Shown in pieces: positions 10,701 to 18,275 of a stretch of 64,000 bases of DNA. Location: the NCBI GenBank assembly GCA_040905585.1, contig JBBDRG010000011.1, positions 95,249-159,248 on the forward strand, given 5' to 3'. This DNA is from Verrucomicrobiales bacterium. GTDB taxonomy: Bacteria > Verrucomicrobiota > Verrucomicrobiia > Verrucomicrobiales > DEV007. A program made the translations under genes and the position numbers. The notes beneath the pieces are model-generated. The model was given only the letters and a program-made list of their open reading frames with translations, was not told the DNA's origin and did no database searches. Every line of letters starts with the position of its first letter. Positions within the stretch are counted from its first letter, which is position 1.

Positions 10701-10842
10701 CTGGTATCGAGAGCATCCCGACGAAGCGGCCCTCTACGCGGGCGATTCCGCGGCCGGCAACGTGCCCGCGCCCGAAGCGGCCGCTTGGATCGCCACGGTG
10801 CGGGTGGTGCTGAATCTCGACGAATTTCTGACCCGGAACTGA
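7789..10842 (+). CDS. PVC-type PSD1 / planctomycete cytochrome c protein (DUF1549+DUF1553)
   Basis: Signal peptide, CLLCH and CARCH heme motifs, HPIDFFV, GERWGRHWLDKARYADSDG, SHPELLDWLA and RNRFRVEAEIVRD. Confidence 0.9.
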   Translation: MTKFSAHFVAIAALSWAGATRDVSAEVDFGTEIRPILTEKCLLCHGPDDEKGGLRLTGIDFAEKELDSGAIGILPGKPDQSALIERIHASDPDDVMPPPDKAEPLTDGEKAKLRQWIAEGATWPKHWAFAELSGFDAEGRPPKGEHPIDFFVRRGLEEKGIEPSPKADAATLVRRLFYDLVGLPPSPEQADRYLELLRKDREAGLAQLIDDLLASEHFGERWGRHWLDKARYADSDGYEKDNNRPDAWRYRDWVIDAINADMPFDRFTIEQFAGDLLEEPSPDQLLATAFNRQTLTNTEGGTDKEQWRVAAVMDRVETMGAVWMGLTLTCARCHTHKYDEVTHDEYYQLFAYFNNGDEVETKVPKSEEAWAAYERAAARHREKLEDVRTRAAAARGELAERMPEWEARAQRWLAEAEAVEDPVFTPLPVAEVAGPKGVKFNRAKDGTITAGGQNPPKATYTLSGRLEPGTVTGVRIEALPDPKLGGGKGPGRSKAGNFVLNQMNLSVAGTGRLVFAGAEADYSQGNWAVQNAIDGDAREGKDGTGWAISPEMGQAHEAVFGLARPVALEEAADFTLDLVQNYGSEHTLGKFRVTLLTTPTRLVLSEEAREALKKPASERDTAEQALLAAHFERIDPKTAPLLAQVHALESKPPAKPEMDVRILRERREDRRETHVFKRGEFKQPLGPVEPGTPAVLAPIEHRGGEGDRLDLARWLVSGENPLPPRVVANGIWANLFGEGLVATPDDFGVRGDRPSHPELLDWLAAEFVAQGWSRKELIRRIATSKTYRRSSDHRPDLADVDPNNRLLARQNRFRVEAEIVRDISLAAAGLLSDKIGGPSVFPPLPAGVADVNYNSAFKWVVSEDEDRYRRGMYTYFKRTAPHPNLTTFDCPDSNTTNVQRSRSNTPLAALITLNNETFAEASRSMAERVLADLPEGDDRARIDRAFRLCLSRGPEAAESDRLASLLESARGWYREHPDEAALYAGDSAAGNVPAPEAAAWIATVRVVLNLDEFLTRN

Positions 10843-10844
10843 AC

Positions 10845-12332
10845 ATGAACCCTTTTTCATCCCAACTCGCTCGCAGCCGGAGGGAATTCCTGGCCACCTC
10901 GGCCTCGGGGCTGGGCGGCATGGCGCTCGGGTCCATGTTGACGGACGACGGCCTGCTCAACGCCGCCACGGCCGGGGATCCCGATGCCTTCCGCAGCATG
11001 AAGCCGCATCGCGACGCCAAGGCCAAGGCCTGCATTTTCATCTTCATGGCCGGCGCGCCGTCGCAGCTCGATCTTTTCGACCCGAAGCCGAAGCTCAACG
11101 AGCTGCACGGGGAAAAACTGCCGAAGTCGATCCTCGACAAGGCGCGATTCGCCTTCATCAAGCCCGAAACGGCCACGTTGATGGGATCCCCGAGGAAATG
11201 GAAGAAGCACGGTCAGAGCGGGATGGAGTTTTCCGATCTGCTGCCCCACCTGGGAACCTGCGCGGACGACTTGCTGATGGTGCGCTCGCTTCACAGCGAA
11301 GAGTTCAACCACCACCCCGGCCAGTTGATGATGCAGTGCGGCGTGTCGCGCTTCGGCATGCCGACAATGGGGTCGTGGCTCAACTACGGGCTCGGCTCCG
11401 AGTCGCGGAACCTGCCCGGCTACGTGGTCCTCACCGCGGGACGGGGGTCGTCGGGAGGATCGACCCTGTGGCAATCCGGTTTCCTGCCCTCGAAATACGC
11501 TGGCGTGCTGTTCCGCAACCAGGGCGAGCCGGTCCTTAACCTGCAGAATCCCGAAGGGCTCCCGCCGGAGTTGCAGCGCGCCGGACTCGACGCGTTGAAG
11601 GATCTCAACCAGCGGCGCTACCAGGAGGTGCACGATCCCGAAATCGCCAGCCGCATCGCCAGCTACGAGTTGGCCAACCGCATGCAGACGGCGGCGCCGG
11701 AGCTGGTCGACCTCTCCGGCGAGTCGCAGAAGACCTTGGACCTCTACGGCGTGGGCCGGCCCGAGCCGGAGGGATCGGGCTTCCGGGGCACCCTGCCCGG
11801 CCTGCCGACCTACGACACGTTCGCCCGCAACTGCCTGCTGGCGCGGCGGCTCGTGGAGCGCGGGGTGCGCTTCATCAACATCGTCCACGCCAGCTGGGAC
11901 CAGCACTCCGAACTGGACAAGAACCTGGCCTACAACGCCGGGGCGGTGGATCAGCCCATCGCCGCCCTGATCAAGGATCTGAAGCGCCGGGGGATGCTCG
12001 ATTCCACCATGGTGGTTTGGGGCTCCGAGTTCGGCCGGACGCCGCTGGGCGAGAACCGGCCCGGGCGCAACGCCAACACGGGCCGGGATCACCACCCGTT
12101 CTGCTTCACCACGCTCATGGCGGGCGGCGGGCTGAAAGGCGGGAAGATCTACGGCGAGACCGACGAGATCGGCTGGAACATCGTGGACAAGCCGGTTCAC
12201 GTCAACGATCTGCACGCTACCATGCTGCGCCAGTTCGGACTGGATCACCTGAAGCTGACCTACCGTTTTCAAGGGCGCGATTTCCGGCTCACGGACGTGG
12301 GCGGGAAAGTGATCGACGACTGGATCGCCTGA
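10845..12332 (+). CDS. DUF1501 domain protein (Tat-type N-terminus)
   Basis: SRREFL leader, FMAGAPSQLDLFDPKP, LLARRLVERGVRF, WGSEFGRTP and GRDHHP; starts 2 nt after the DUF1553 gene, the usual pairing. Confidence 0.92.
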   Translation: MNPFSSQLARSRREFLATSASGLGGMALGSMLTDDGLLNAATAGDPDAFRSMKPHRDAKAKACIFIFMAGAPSQLDLFDPKPKLNELHGEKLPKSILDKARFAFIKPETATLMGSPRKWKKHGQSGMEFSDLLPHLGTCADDLLMVRSLHSEEFNHHPGQLMMQCGVSRFGMPTMGSWLNYGLGSESRNLPGYVVLTAGRGSSGGSTLWQSGFLPSKYAGVLFRNQGEPVLNLQNPEGLPPELQRAGLDALKDLNQRRYQEVHDPEIASRIASYELANRMQTAAPELVDLSGESQKTLDLYGVGRPEPEGSGFRGTLPGLPTYDTFARNCLLARRLVERGVRFINIVHASWDQHSELDKNLAYNAGAVDQPIAALIKDLKRRGMLDSTMVVWGSEFGRTPLGENRPGRNANTGRDHHPFCFTTLMAGGGLKGGKIYGETDEIGWNIVDKPVHVNDLHATMLRQFGLDHLKLTYRFQGRDFRLTDVGGKVIDDWIA

Positions 12333-12396
12333 GCGCTCGGCTTAGCACTCGATCGAGCGATTGCTCCGCTCGGGAAACTTCTCTACCCTCGGTCCC

Positions 12397-14061
12397 ATGA
12401 ACACCGTGACCCGTCTCCTGCTGTTCCCGACCGTTCTGGCCGCCTTTGTCGTCGCGTCCATTGTCAGGGCCGACTCTCCTGTTCACGAAGCGGACGTCGT
12501 GGTCTACGGCGATACGCCCGCCGCCATCGTCGCGGCCATCCAAGTGAAGGGGATGGGGAAATCCGTGATTCTGGTGGCGCCGAAGAAACAACTCGGCGCC
12601 ATGGCCAGCGGCGGGCTGGGCAAGACGGACAAGGGAAAGGAAGGCACGATCGGCGGAATGTCGCGGGAGTTTTTCGAGCGGGTCGGAAAGCACTACGGAA
12701 AGGACATCGGCTGGGATTTCGAGCCGAAGGTCGCCACCGCCGTGTACGAGGAAATGCTGGCGGACGCCGGGCTGGACGACACCGCGGTGCGTCGCGGCCG
12801 GAGGCTCGATTTGACCGACGGCGTCACCAAGAACGGGAGCCGAATCCAGGAGATCCGCTGCGAATCCGGCGAGCGCTTTCGAGCCCGGGTCTTTCTCGAC
12901 TGCACCTACGAAGGCGATCTCATGGCCTTGGCCGGCGTCGCCTATCACGTGGGCCGGGAGCCGCGGAGTCAATACGGCGAAAAACTCGCCGGGGTGCTCG
13001 AGCCCGGCTCGGAGGACTACCGCCAGCCCAAGCAGTTCTTCGAGGAAGGGGTGGATCCCCACATCGAGCCGGGCGATCCTTCCAGCGGCCTGCTTCCCGG
13101 CATACAGGGCGAAGGACTGGCGGAACCCGGCACGGGCGACGCCAAGGTGCAGGCATACAATTTCCGGCTCTGCCTGACCACCGATCCCGGCAATCGCATT
13201 CCCTTCACCAAGCCGAACAACTACGATCCGGCACGATACGAGTTGCTGGCGCGCCACATCCAGGCGCGGGTGAAGGGAGGCCTGCCCGTGACCTTGTCGG
13301 AGCGCGTCGCGGAAGGGTCGACCCTGCTCAAGGTCGACCGGATGCCGAACAACAAAACCGACATCAACGACGGGAGTCCGGCCTCCCTCGACTACATCGG
13401 CGCCAACTGGGACTACCCGGAAGGCAACTACGCGGTTCGCGAACGGATCTGGCGGGAACACGTCGACTATACCAAAGGTCTGATCTGGTTCATCGGAAAC
13501 GATCCCCGGGTCCCGGCGGACGTGCGGAGCGAGATGATGGCCTACGGCTGGCCAAGGGACGAGTACGTCGATACCGACCACTTTTCCCACCAACTCTACG
13601 TCCGCGAAGCCCGCCGCATGGTCGGTCGGTACGTCATGCGCCAGCAGGACTGCGAGGAAACCCGGACCAAGGACGACAGCATCGGGATGGGTTCCTACGG
13701 GGTGGACAGTCACCACATCCAGCGCGTCGTCGTCGACGGTCGGATCGTGAACGAAGGCAACTTTCTCGCTCGGCCCACGGCCTACGAGATTCCCTACGCC
13801 AGCCTGGTCCCGAAGTCCGACGAATGCACCAACCTGCTGGTGCCGGTGTGTTTGTCGGCGTCGCACGTCGCCTTCGGCAGCCTCCGGATGGAACCGGTCT
13901 GGATGATCCTGGGGCAGACCGCCGCGACTGCCGCGGCGCAGGCCATCGACGCCGACGAGACCGTCCAGAAAATCGACTACGGGACGTTGCGCGAGCGCCT
14001 CCTGGCCGACGGTCAACGGCTCAAACTGAGCGAGTGGGATCCCGCTTCGGCGGGGAGGTGA
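12397..14061 (+). CDS. Secreted FAD-dependent oxidoreductase (FAD_oxidored family)
   Basis: Signal peptide, DVVVYGDTPAAIVAA dinucleotide-binding start, FLDCTYEGDL, YVREARRM and SLRMEPVWM. Confidence 0.9.
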   Translation: MNTVTRLLLFPTVLAAFVVASIVRADSPVHEADVVVYGDTPAAIVAAIQVKGMGKSVILVAPKKQLGAMASGGLGKTDKGKEGTIGGMSREFFERVGKHYGKDIGWDFEPKVATAVYEEMLADAGLDDTAVRRGRRLDLTDGVTKNGSRIQEIRCESGERFRARVFLDCTYEGDLMALAGVAYHVGREPRSQYGEKLAGVLEPGSEDYRQPKQFFEEGVDPHIEPGDPSSGLLPGIQGEGLAEPGTGDAKVQAYNFRLCLTTDPGNRIPFTKPNNYDPARYELLARHIQARVKGGLPVTLSERVAEGSTLLKVDRMPNNKTDINDGSPASLDYIGANWDYPEGNYAVRERIWREHVDYTKGLIWFIGNDPRVPADVRSEMMAYGWPRDEYVDTDHFSHQLYVREARRMVGRYVMRQQDCEETRTKDDSIGMGSYGVDSHHIQRVVVDGRIVNEGNFLARPTAYEIPYASLVPKSDECTNLLVPVCLSASHVAFGSLRMEPVWMILGQTAATAAAQAIDADETVQKIDYGTLRERLLADGQRLKLSEWDPASAGR

Positions 14062-14133
14062 AGCGAGTCGTCGTGCGGCGGCGGACCATGAAGTCGCCCT
14101 ATCGAGCGCTGGCATCCGATCAGCACGCCGCCG

Positions 14134-14325
14134 TCAGGCGCCCGGATACCGCCGGGTGGCGCGGGGTCCTTTGCCGGTGCGGCGATACTCGGGGTGGACT
14201 TCCGGGATCGTCTGGTAGAGCTCGCAGGTGCGGTAGTAGTTCCAGATCCTCTGCACGGGATCCGGTTCCCCGGACTCGGTCTGCAGGTGCGGATCGGTCA
14301 GGAGCGCCACGGTTTGCTGATTCGT
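14134..14325 (-). pseudogene. Orphan coding fragment of unknown family
   Basis: About 60 codons with strongly GC3-biased usage (…ALLTDPHLQTESGEPDPVQRIWNYYRTCELYQTIPEVHPEY…) and no convincing start or RBS. Confidence 0.3.
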
Positions 14326-14407
14326 CAGACAAGGGGATCGATGACCAGCTCCCATCCACCCCGGTCGCAGGAGGCTGGTTTTTCTGTCTTGAACATGCAA
14401 ATTCCGA

Positions 14408-15154
14408 TCAATCCACCCGGTCTCGAGGATACAGGATCGAGTCGGGCTCCTCATTCATGGTCAGGCGGCAAATGACGCCCATCGCCACGCCGGCTACGAA
14501 TCCGCCAACATGCGCCATGTAGGCCACCCCGCCCGTCTGCTCGGTGACGGCGATCGAGCCGACACCGTAGACGAATTGCATCAGCGCCCACATGCCGATG
14601 ACGAAAATCGCCGGCACGGAAATGACGTGATAAAACACGACGGCGTTCACCCGATTGTGTGGGAAAAGCACGATGTAAGCGCCCATGACGCCGGAAATCG
14701 CACCTGAAGCGCCGAGATTCGGAATGACGCTGTCTGGATCGACCGCAATCTGCGCCGCCGAGCCTACGAGTCCGGCCACGAGGTAGAAAACCAGAAATCG
14801 GAGGTGACCGAAACGATGTTCCACATTGTCGCCGAAGATCCAAAGGTAGAGCATGTTCCCGGCAATGTGAGCGAAACCGCCATGCATAAACATCGAGGTT
14901 AGCAGCGTCAGATAAATCGGCACGGGCCCGGGCGCCTGCGGGATGGAAACGCGCTGACCGCCGGTATTGACCGCGACCGGATCGACAAGGTCCCGGCCCG
15001 TCATGATTTCCAGCGGAACGATGCTCCAGCCATAAGTGAAAGCGTCGTTGGCCAATTGCAGAAGAAAGACACCCACATTCGCCGCGAGAATGAGGTAGGT
15101 CACGAATACCGGGCCGGAAATGCCGCGATTGTCATCGGAAATCGGAAAGAGCAT
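14408..15154 (-). CDS. Rhomboid-family intramembrane serine protease
   Basis: HIAGNMLYLWIFGDNVE, GASGAISG (catalytic Ser), AHVGGF (catalytic His) and multiple TM segments. Confidence 0.92.
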   Translation of the reverse strand: MLFPISDDNRGISGPVFVTYLILAANVGVFLLQLANDAFTYGWSIVPLEIMTGRDLVDPVAVNTGGQRVSIPQAPGPVPIYLTLLTSMFMHGGFAHIAGNMLYLWIFGDNVEHRFGHLRFLVFYLVAGLVGSAAQIAVDPDSVIPNLGASGAISGVMGAYIVLFPHNRVNAVVFYHVISVPAIFVIGMWALMQFVYGVGSIAVTEQTGGVAYMAHVGGFVAGVAMGVICRLTMNEEPDSILYPRDRVD

Positions 15155-15406
15155 GGCAATGATCTACCCCCGGCCACAACGATTGCAAAGTAGATTGGCT
15201 TTTTGAGGTCTGTCTTTCGGAAGGTCGTTACGAGAACCAGCGGAGTCGGGATTGCTGGCCCCGGGACCGAGACACGGTCGGACTTGAAATCCTTTGCCGA
15301 ACCGGAACGGCCACGAGACTTCCGAGCACCGCCGTCGCCGCATACGGAAGAAGAGCGCCACGCCGGTGACGCTCTTCCCGAGAGAGCAGGAGTAGAGGTG
15401 CTTCGG

Positions 15407-16441
15407 TTATTCTTTCTTGGTCGCTTTCTTCACAGCCTCCTGCTCTTCGTTCGCGGCCGACGAATCGCCGGTTGGTTCCGTCTCGTCTGGCTGGTTCGCG
15501 AACCATGAAGTCATGCGGTTCCAGAATCCACGCACTTTCTTGCCGGCGCCTTCCTCTTCCAGCTTGCCGAAGAGCTGCTCGATTTGACTCTGCATCTCTT
15601 TCGCCTTCTCGCCGGCCTGATCGCTGATCGCCTGCCGGTAGGTTTCCAGATGAAGGCGCGCTAGGCGCAGGTTTTCCTCGGCCGTTTCATAGCGCTGGTC
15701 TTCGATCATCCGTTCGGCCAGACGCAGGGCGCTCTGGGCATCAATCAGCGGGCTCTCCTCTTTGTTCGTGACGAAGCTTACCCCGCCGGTTTGGGCCAGA
15801 ATGACGGACGCGAGCGCCTCGTCAATCTGGCCTATCTGCTCCAGCGCCCGGTTGATCTTGCGCTCCACGTAGCCGAGATCCAACAGGAAGGAGGCATTGA
15901 TCACTTCGGCGTCGGCCAGCCGCATCCCCTTCAGCTCGGCCGCTGCGAGAGTACTGCTTTCCTCGTCCTTCGCGTCAAGAACCGGCTCGATGACGTCTAC
16001 CGCGATCATGTGCCGGTAAAGAGGGATCTGGTCATCCTGCACGTGGTCGACGTAGCGATAGACTTCCTTGCCGGATTCGTCTTTCACGACCGTCTCCACT
16101 TTGGTTGCCGGGAGAATGTCGCGGATGATGTTCACCAATGTCTTGGCGTGCTCCAGTTCCGGTTTCGCCTGGCTGGCTTCGTCGTCGAGAAGGTGCTTCG
16201 ACGCCTTGTCCAGATGCACCAGGATCCGGGAACCCAGAAGGGACGCCGTGCGGAAGTCCTCTTCGCTCAGCTCGCCTTTGGTTTCACGGTTGATGGTCGT
16301 GGTGTACTTGGCGCTGCCTGTTTTGGTTTCGGCAGCGGTGCCTACTTCGGTTTTGCTATCCTGAGCCCAGACCAACGGCAGGCTGCCGAGGCCCAGACAC
16401 AAGGCGGCAACAGTGCTGTTTTGATAGAGTGATGTTTTCAT
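15407..16441 (-). CDS. Secreted YfdX-like protein
   Basis: Signal peptide and a helical, acidic sequence with two A..L..A..(L/A)..A repeats resembling YfdX-family proteins; family assignment from memory of the family. Confidence 0.65.
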   Translation of the reverse strand: MKTSLYQNSTVAALCLGLGSLPLVWAQDSKTEVGTAAETKTGSAKYTTTINRETKGELSEEDFRTASLLGSRILVHLDKASKHLLDDEASQAKPELEHAKTLVNIIRDILPATKVETVVKDESGKEVYRYVDHVQDDQIPLYRHMIAVDVIEPVLDAKDEESSTLAAAELKGMRLADAEVINASFLLDLGYVERKINRALEQIGQIDEALASVILAQTGGVSFVTNKEESPLIDAQSALRLAERMIEDQRYETAEENLRLARLHLETYRQAISDQAGEKAKEMQSQIEQLFGKLEEEGAGKKVRGFWNRMTSWFANQPDETEPTGDSSAANEEQEAVKKATKKE

Positions 16442-16508
16442 CTTTCTGGTTTGGGTTGAGTTATTTCAGGCAGGGAACCCTCTTGAGAGTTCCTCCAGTT
16501 TCCTGGAA

Positions 16509-16524
16509 AGCAAATACGGTGCCA
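16509..16524 (-). promoter_or_regulatory. Sigma-54 (-24/-12) promoter for the YfdX-like gene
   Basis: Minus strand TGGCAC-CGTAT-TTGCT is a perfect consensus, about 70 nt upstream of ATG 16441. Confidence 0.75.
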
Positions 16525-16687
16525 ACACTTCGCCTCGTCACATAGTGCCTCATTGAGTCAAATCGAGTCAAAGTGTCCCTAGTTGAGACATCATAAAGCG
16601 GTCATTTTGTCGCGTTCATACCCTGTTTCGACGGGGTGTTAAAAGGGCGGTACCTCAAAACTCAGCGTCGCTGGACTTCCTTTGAAC

Positions 16688-16703
16688 TGGCACGGGTTTT
16701 GCT
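16688..16703 (+). promoter_or_regulatory. Sigma-54 (-24/-12) promoter, divergent
   Basis: TGGCAC-GGGTT-TTGCT, perfect consensus. Confidence 0.7.
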
Positions 16704-16775
16704 GACTTCCCCAATACGGAGAAGGAGCCCTCTCCTCAGGGGGCTTCGGCACGATCCCTAACCCGGTTAGTTACG

Positions 16776-16949
16776 ATGAACGCGGCGCCGCATCGTTTCG
16801 AGGAACTGGAAAGATTGGGCGGAGGGCTGCGCCAGCGCCTCCGGTCGGGAGCGACCTATGTCATGAATCGCCCGGCCGAATTGCGAGCGTTCGCTGACCG
16901 CCATGGTCCCAGTTCCTGGACGCCATTCAGCGTCTTGTCGGAGCTGTGA
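16776..16949 (+). CDS. Possible small protein (57 aa) downstream of the sigma-54 promoter
   Basis: ATG..TGA ORF MNAAPHRFEELERLGGGLRQRLRSGATYVMNRPAELRAFADRHGPSSWTPFSVLSEL, below the ORF-track cutoff; weak RBS. Confidence 0.3.
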   Translation: MNAAPHRFEELERLGGGLRQRLRSGATYVMNRPAELRAFADRHGPSSWTPFSVLSEL

Positions 16950-16960
16950 AGTTCAGGCGA

Positions 16961-17026
16961 AGGAAATCGCTTTTTCAATCCTCCCGCTCCGACACCGCAC
17001 GTCGCTCCGGGACGGAGGGTGCAGCC
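16961..17026. repeat. Dispersed repeat, copy A
   Basis: AGGAAATCGCTTTTTCAATCC is identical to 54272-54292, followed by about 45 nt of partial similarity. Confidence 0.7.
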
Positions 17027-17086
17027 ATTTCTCGGCGAGTGGGATTGATCGCCACAGGCGGATCTACGCGGTTTTCAGGTGTGGAT

Positions 17087-17953
17087 TCACCCATCTTCTC
17101 CGAACACCGCCAATTGCGGCAGGTGATCGCTGAGGGCGAATGAGCTTTCGTCGCCTGTATCCAGGCGGAACGCTCCCTCGAAAAGCGGCCTCGATTCGAC
17201 GACTTGCTTGGCGATCGGTCCGGTAGCCATGACGTAATCGATGCGGCGCTGCGGATCGTCGGCCTTGATCGTCGAGCCGTCTCCTCGGCCGACCTCGGCA
17301 AAGGTGTCGATCCACCCGGCGTCCGTCCAGAGTTTGTATTCCTCGGTGTCCGGGGCGTGGTTCAAGTCACCGATCAGCAACATCGAGCGGCCGGCATCGA
17401 GATCCTCTTTCATCGAGGCCAGCATCGCCCTGATCTCCTTCAGCCGGACGGTGGGATCCGGGCCGGGGAACAGGTGCGCGGAATGGACGATCAACGGCTC
17501 GCCGTCGGGCAATTCGACCGTGCCCATTCCCCAGTGCCGAGTGAAAAGGTCCTCCGGTTGTTCGTATCCGAGTGGGACGTTGGCCGAATCGGCGATCTCG
17601 AACCGGCTGAGCAACGTTCCCGGCCAGTTGCCCCCGCTGGGCAGGCAGACGTGATTCATCCCCAGATAGCCGGCCACTTCTTTGGCGATCTCTTCGCCGG
17701 GCGATTCGGAAAAGCTGACGATGTCGGGATCGTACATCGCCAGTTCCATGGCCAGCCGCCTGGGCATCTGGCCTTTCTCGACCGCTTGCTTCGCCATCGG
17801 GCGATCGGCCGGCCATCCCTTGCAGCGGTACACGTTGTAGGCAATCACCCGCAGCGATGGCAGGCGCTTGTCGGCCGCGAATACCGGCACCGTGGTCGCC
17901 GAAAGGCCGGCAGCGCCGAGAGCGGCGCAAAATCGACGCCGAGGAAGCGTCAT
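17087..17953 (-). CDS. Endonuclease/exonuclease/phosphatase (EEP) family protein, Tat-exported
   Basis: PRRRFCAALG Tat motif; IAYNVY, SFSES, LIGDLNH, RIDYV and SDHLP catalytic motifs. Confidence 0.88.
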   Translation of the reverse strand: MTLPRRRFCAALGAAGLSATTVPVFAADKRLPSLRVIAYNVYRCKGWPADRPMAKQAVEKGQMPRRLAMELAMYDPDIVSFSESPGEEIAKEVAGYLGMNHVCLPSGGNWPGTLLSRFEIADSANVPLGYEQPEDLFTRHWGMGTVELPDGEPLIVHSAHLFPGPDPTVRLKEIRAMLASMKEDLDAGRSMLLIGDLNHAPDTEEYKLWTDAGWIDTFAEVGRGDGSTIKADDPQRRIDYVMATGPIAKQVVESRPLFEGAFRLDTGDESSFALSDHLPQLAVFGEDG

Positions 17954-18275
17954 GGCGGGACTTTCCTTTGGATTCATGGAAGGGGTGCAGGGAAGCAAGG
18001 GTGAAATAGCAGTTCGACTGCCGGGATGTCATCGCCGATTGCTCCTTTCGTCAAGCTTTTGCCGGAAATGGATGCCATTTTCGCCGACTCGAGGACACGA
18101 AAATCGCCCTGAGCGGGTTCCCTCCCGCAGAGGCGCGGAGGCAGGAGAAAGATGGATTCCTAACGACCATGAAGCGCTCGCGGCAGACGCCGCGAATTGG
18201 GTTGCCCGGCGGGAGGGAAGGGGAGAGATTCCGATGGACTGGCCGGCAGACGATCCGTTTCCCGGCAATAAACCG

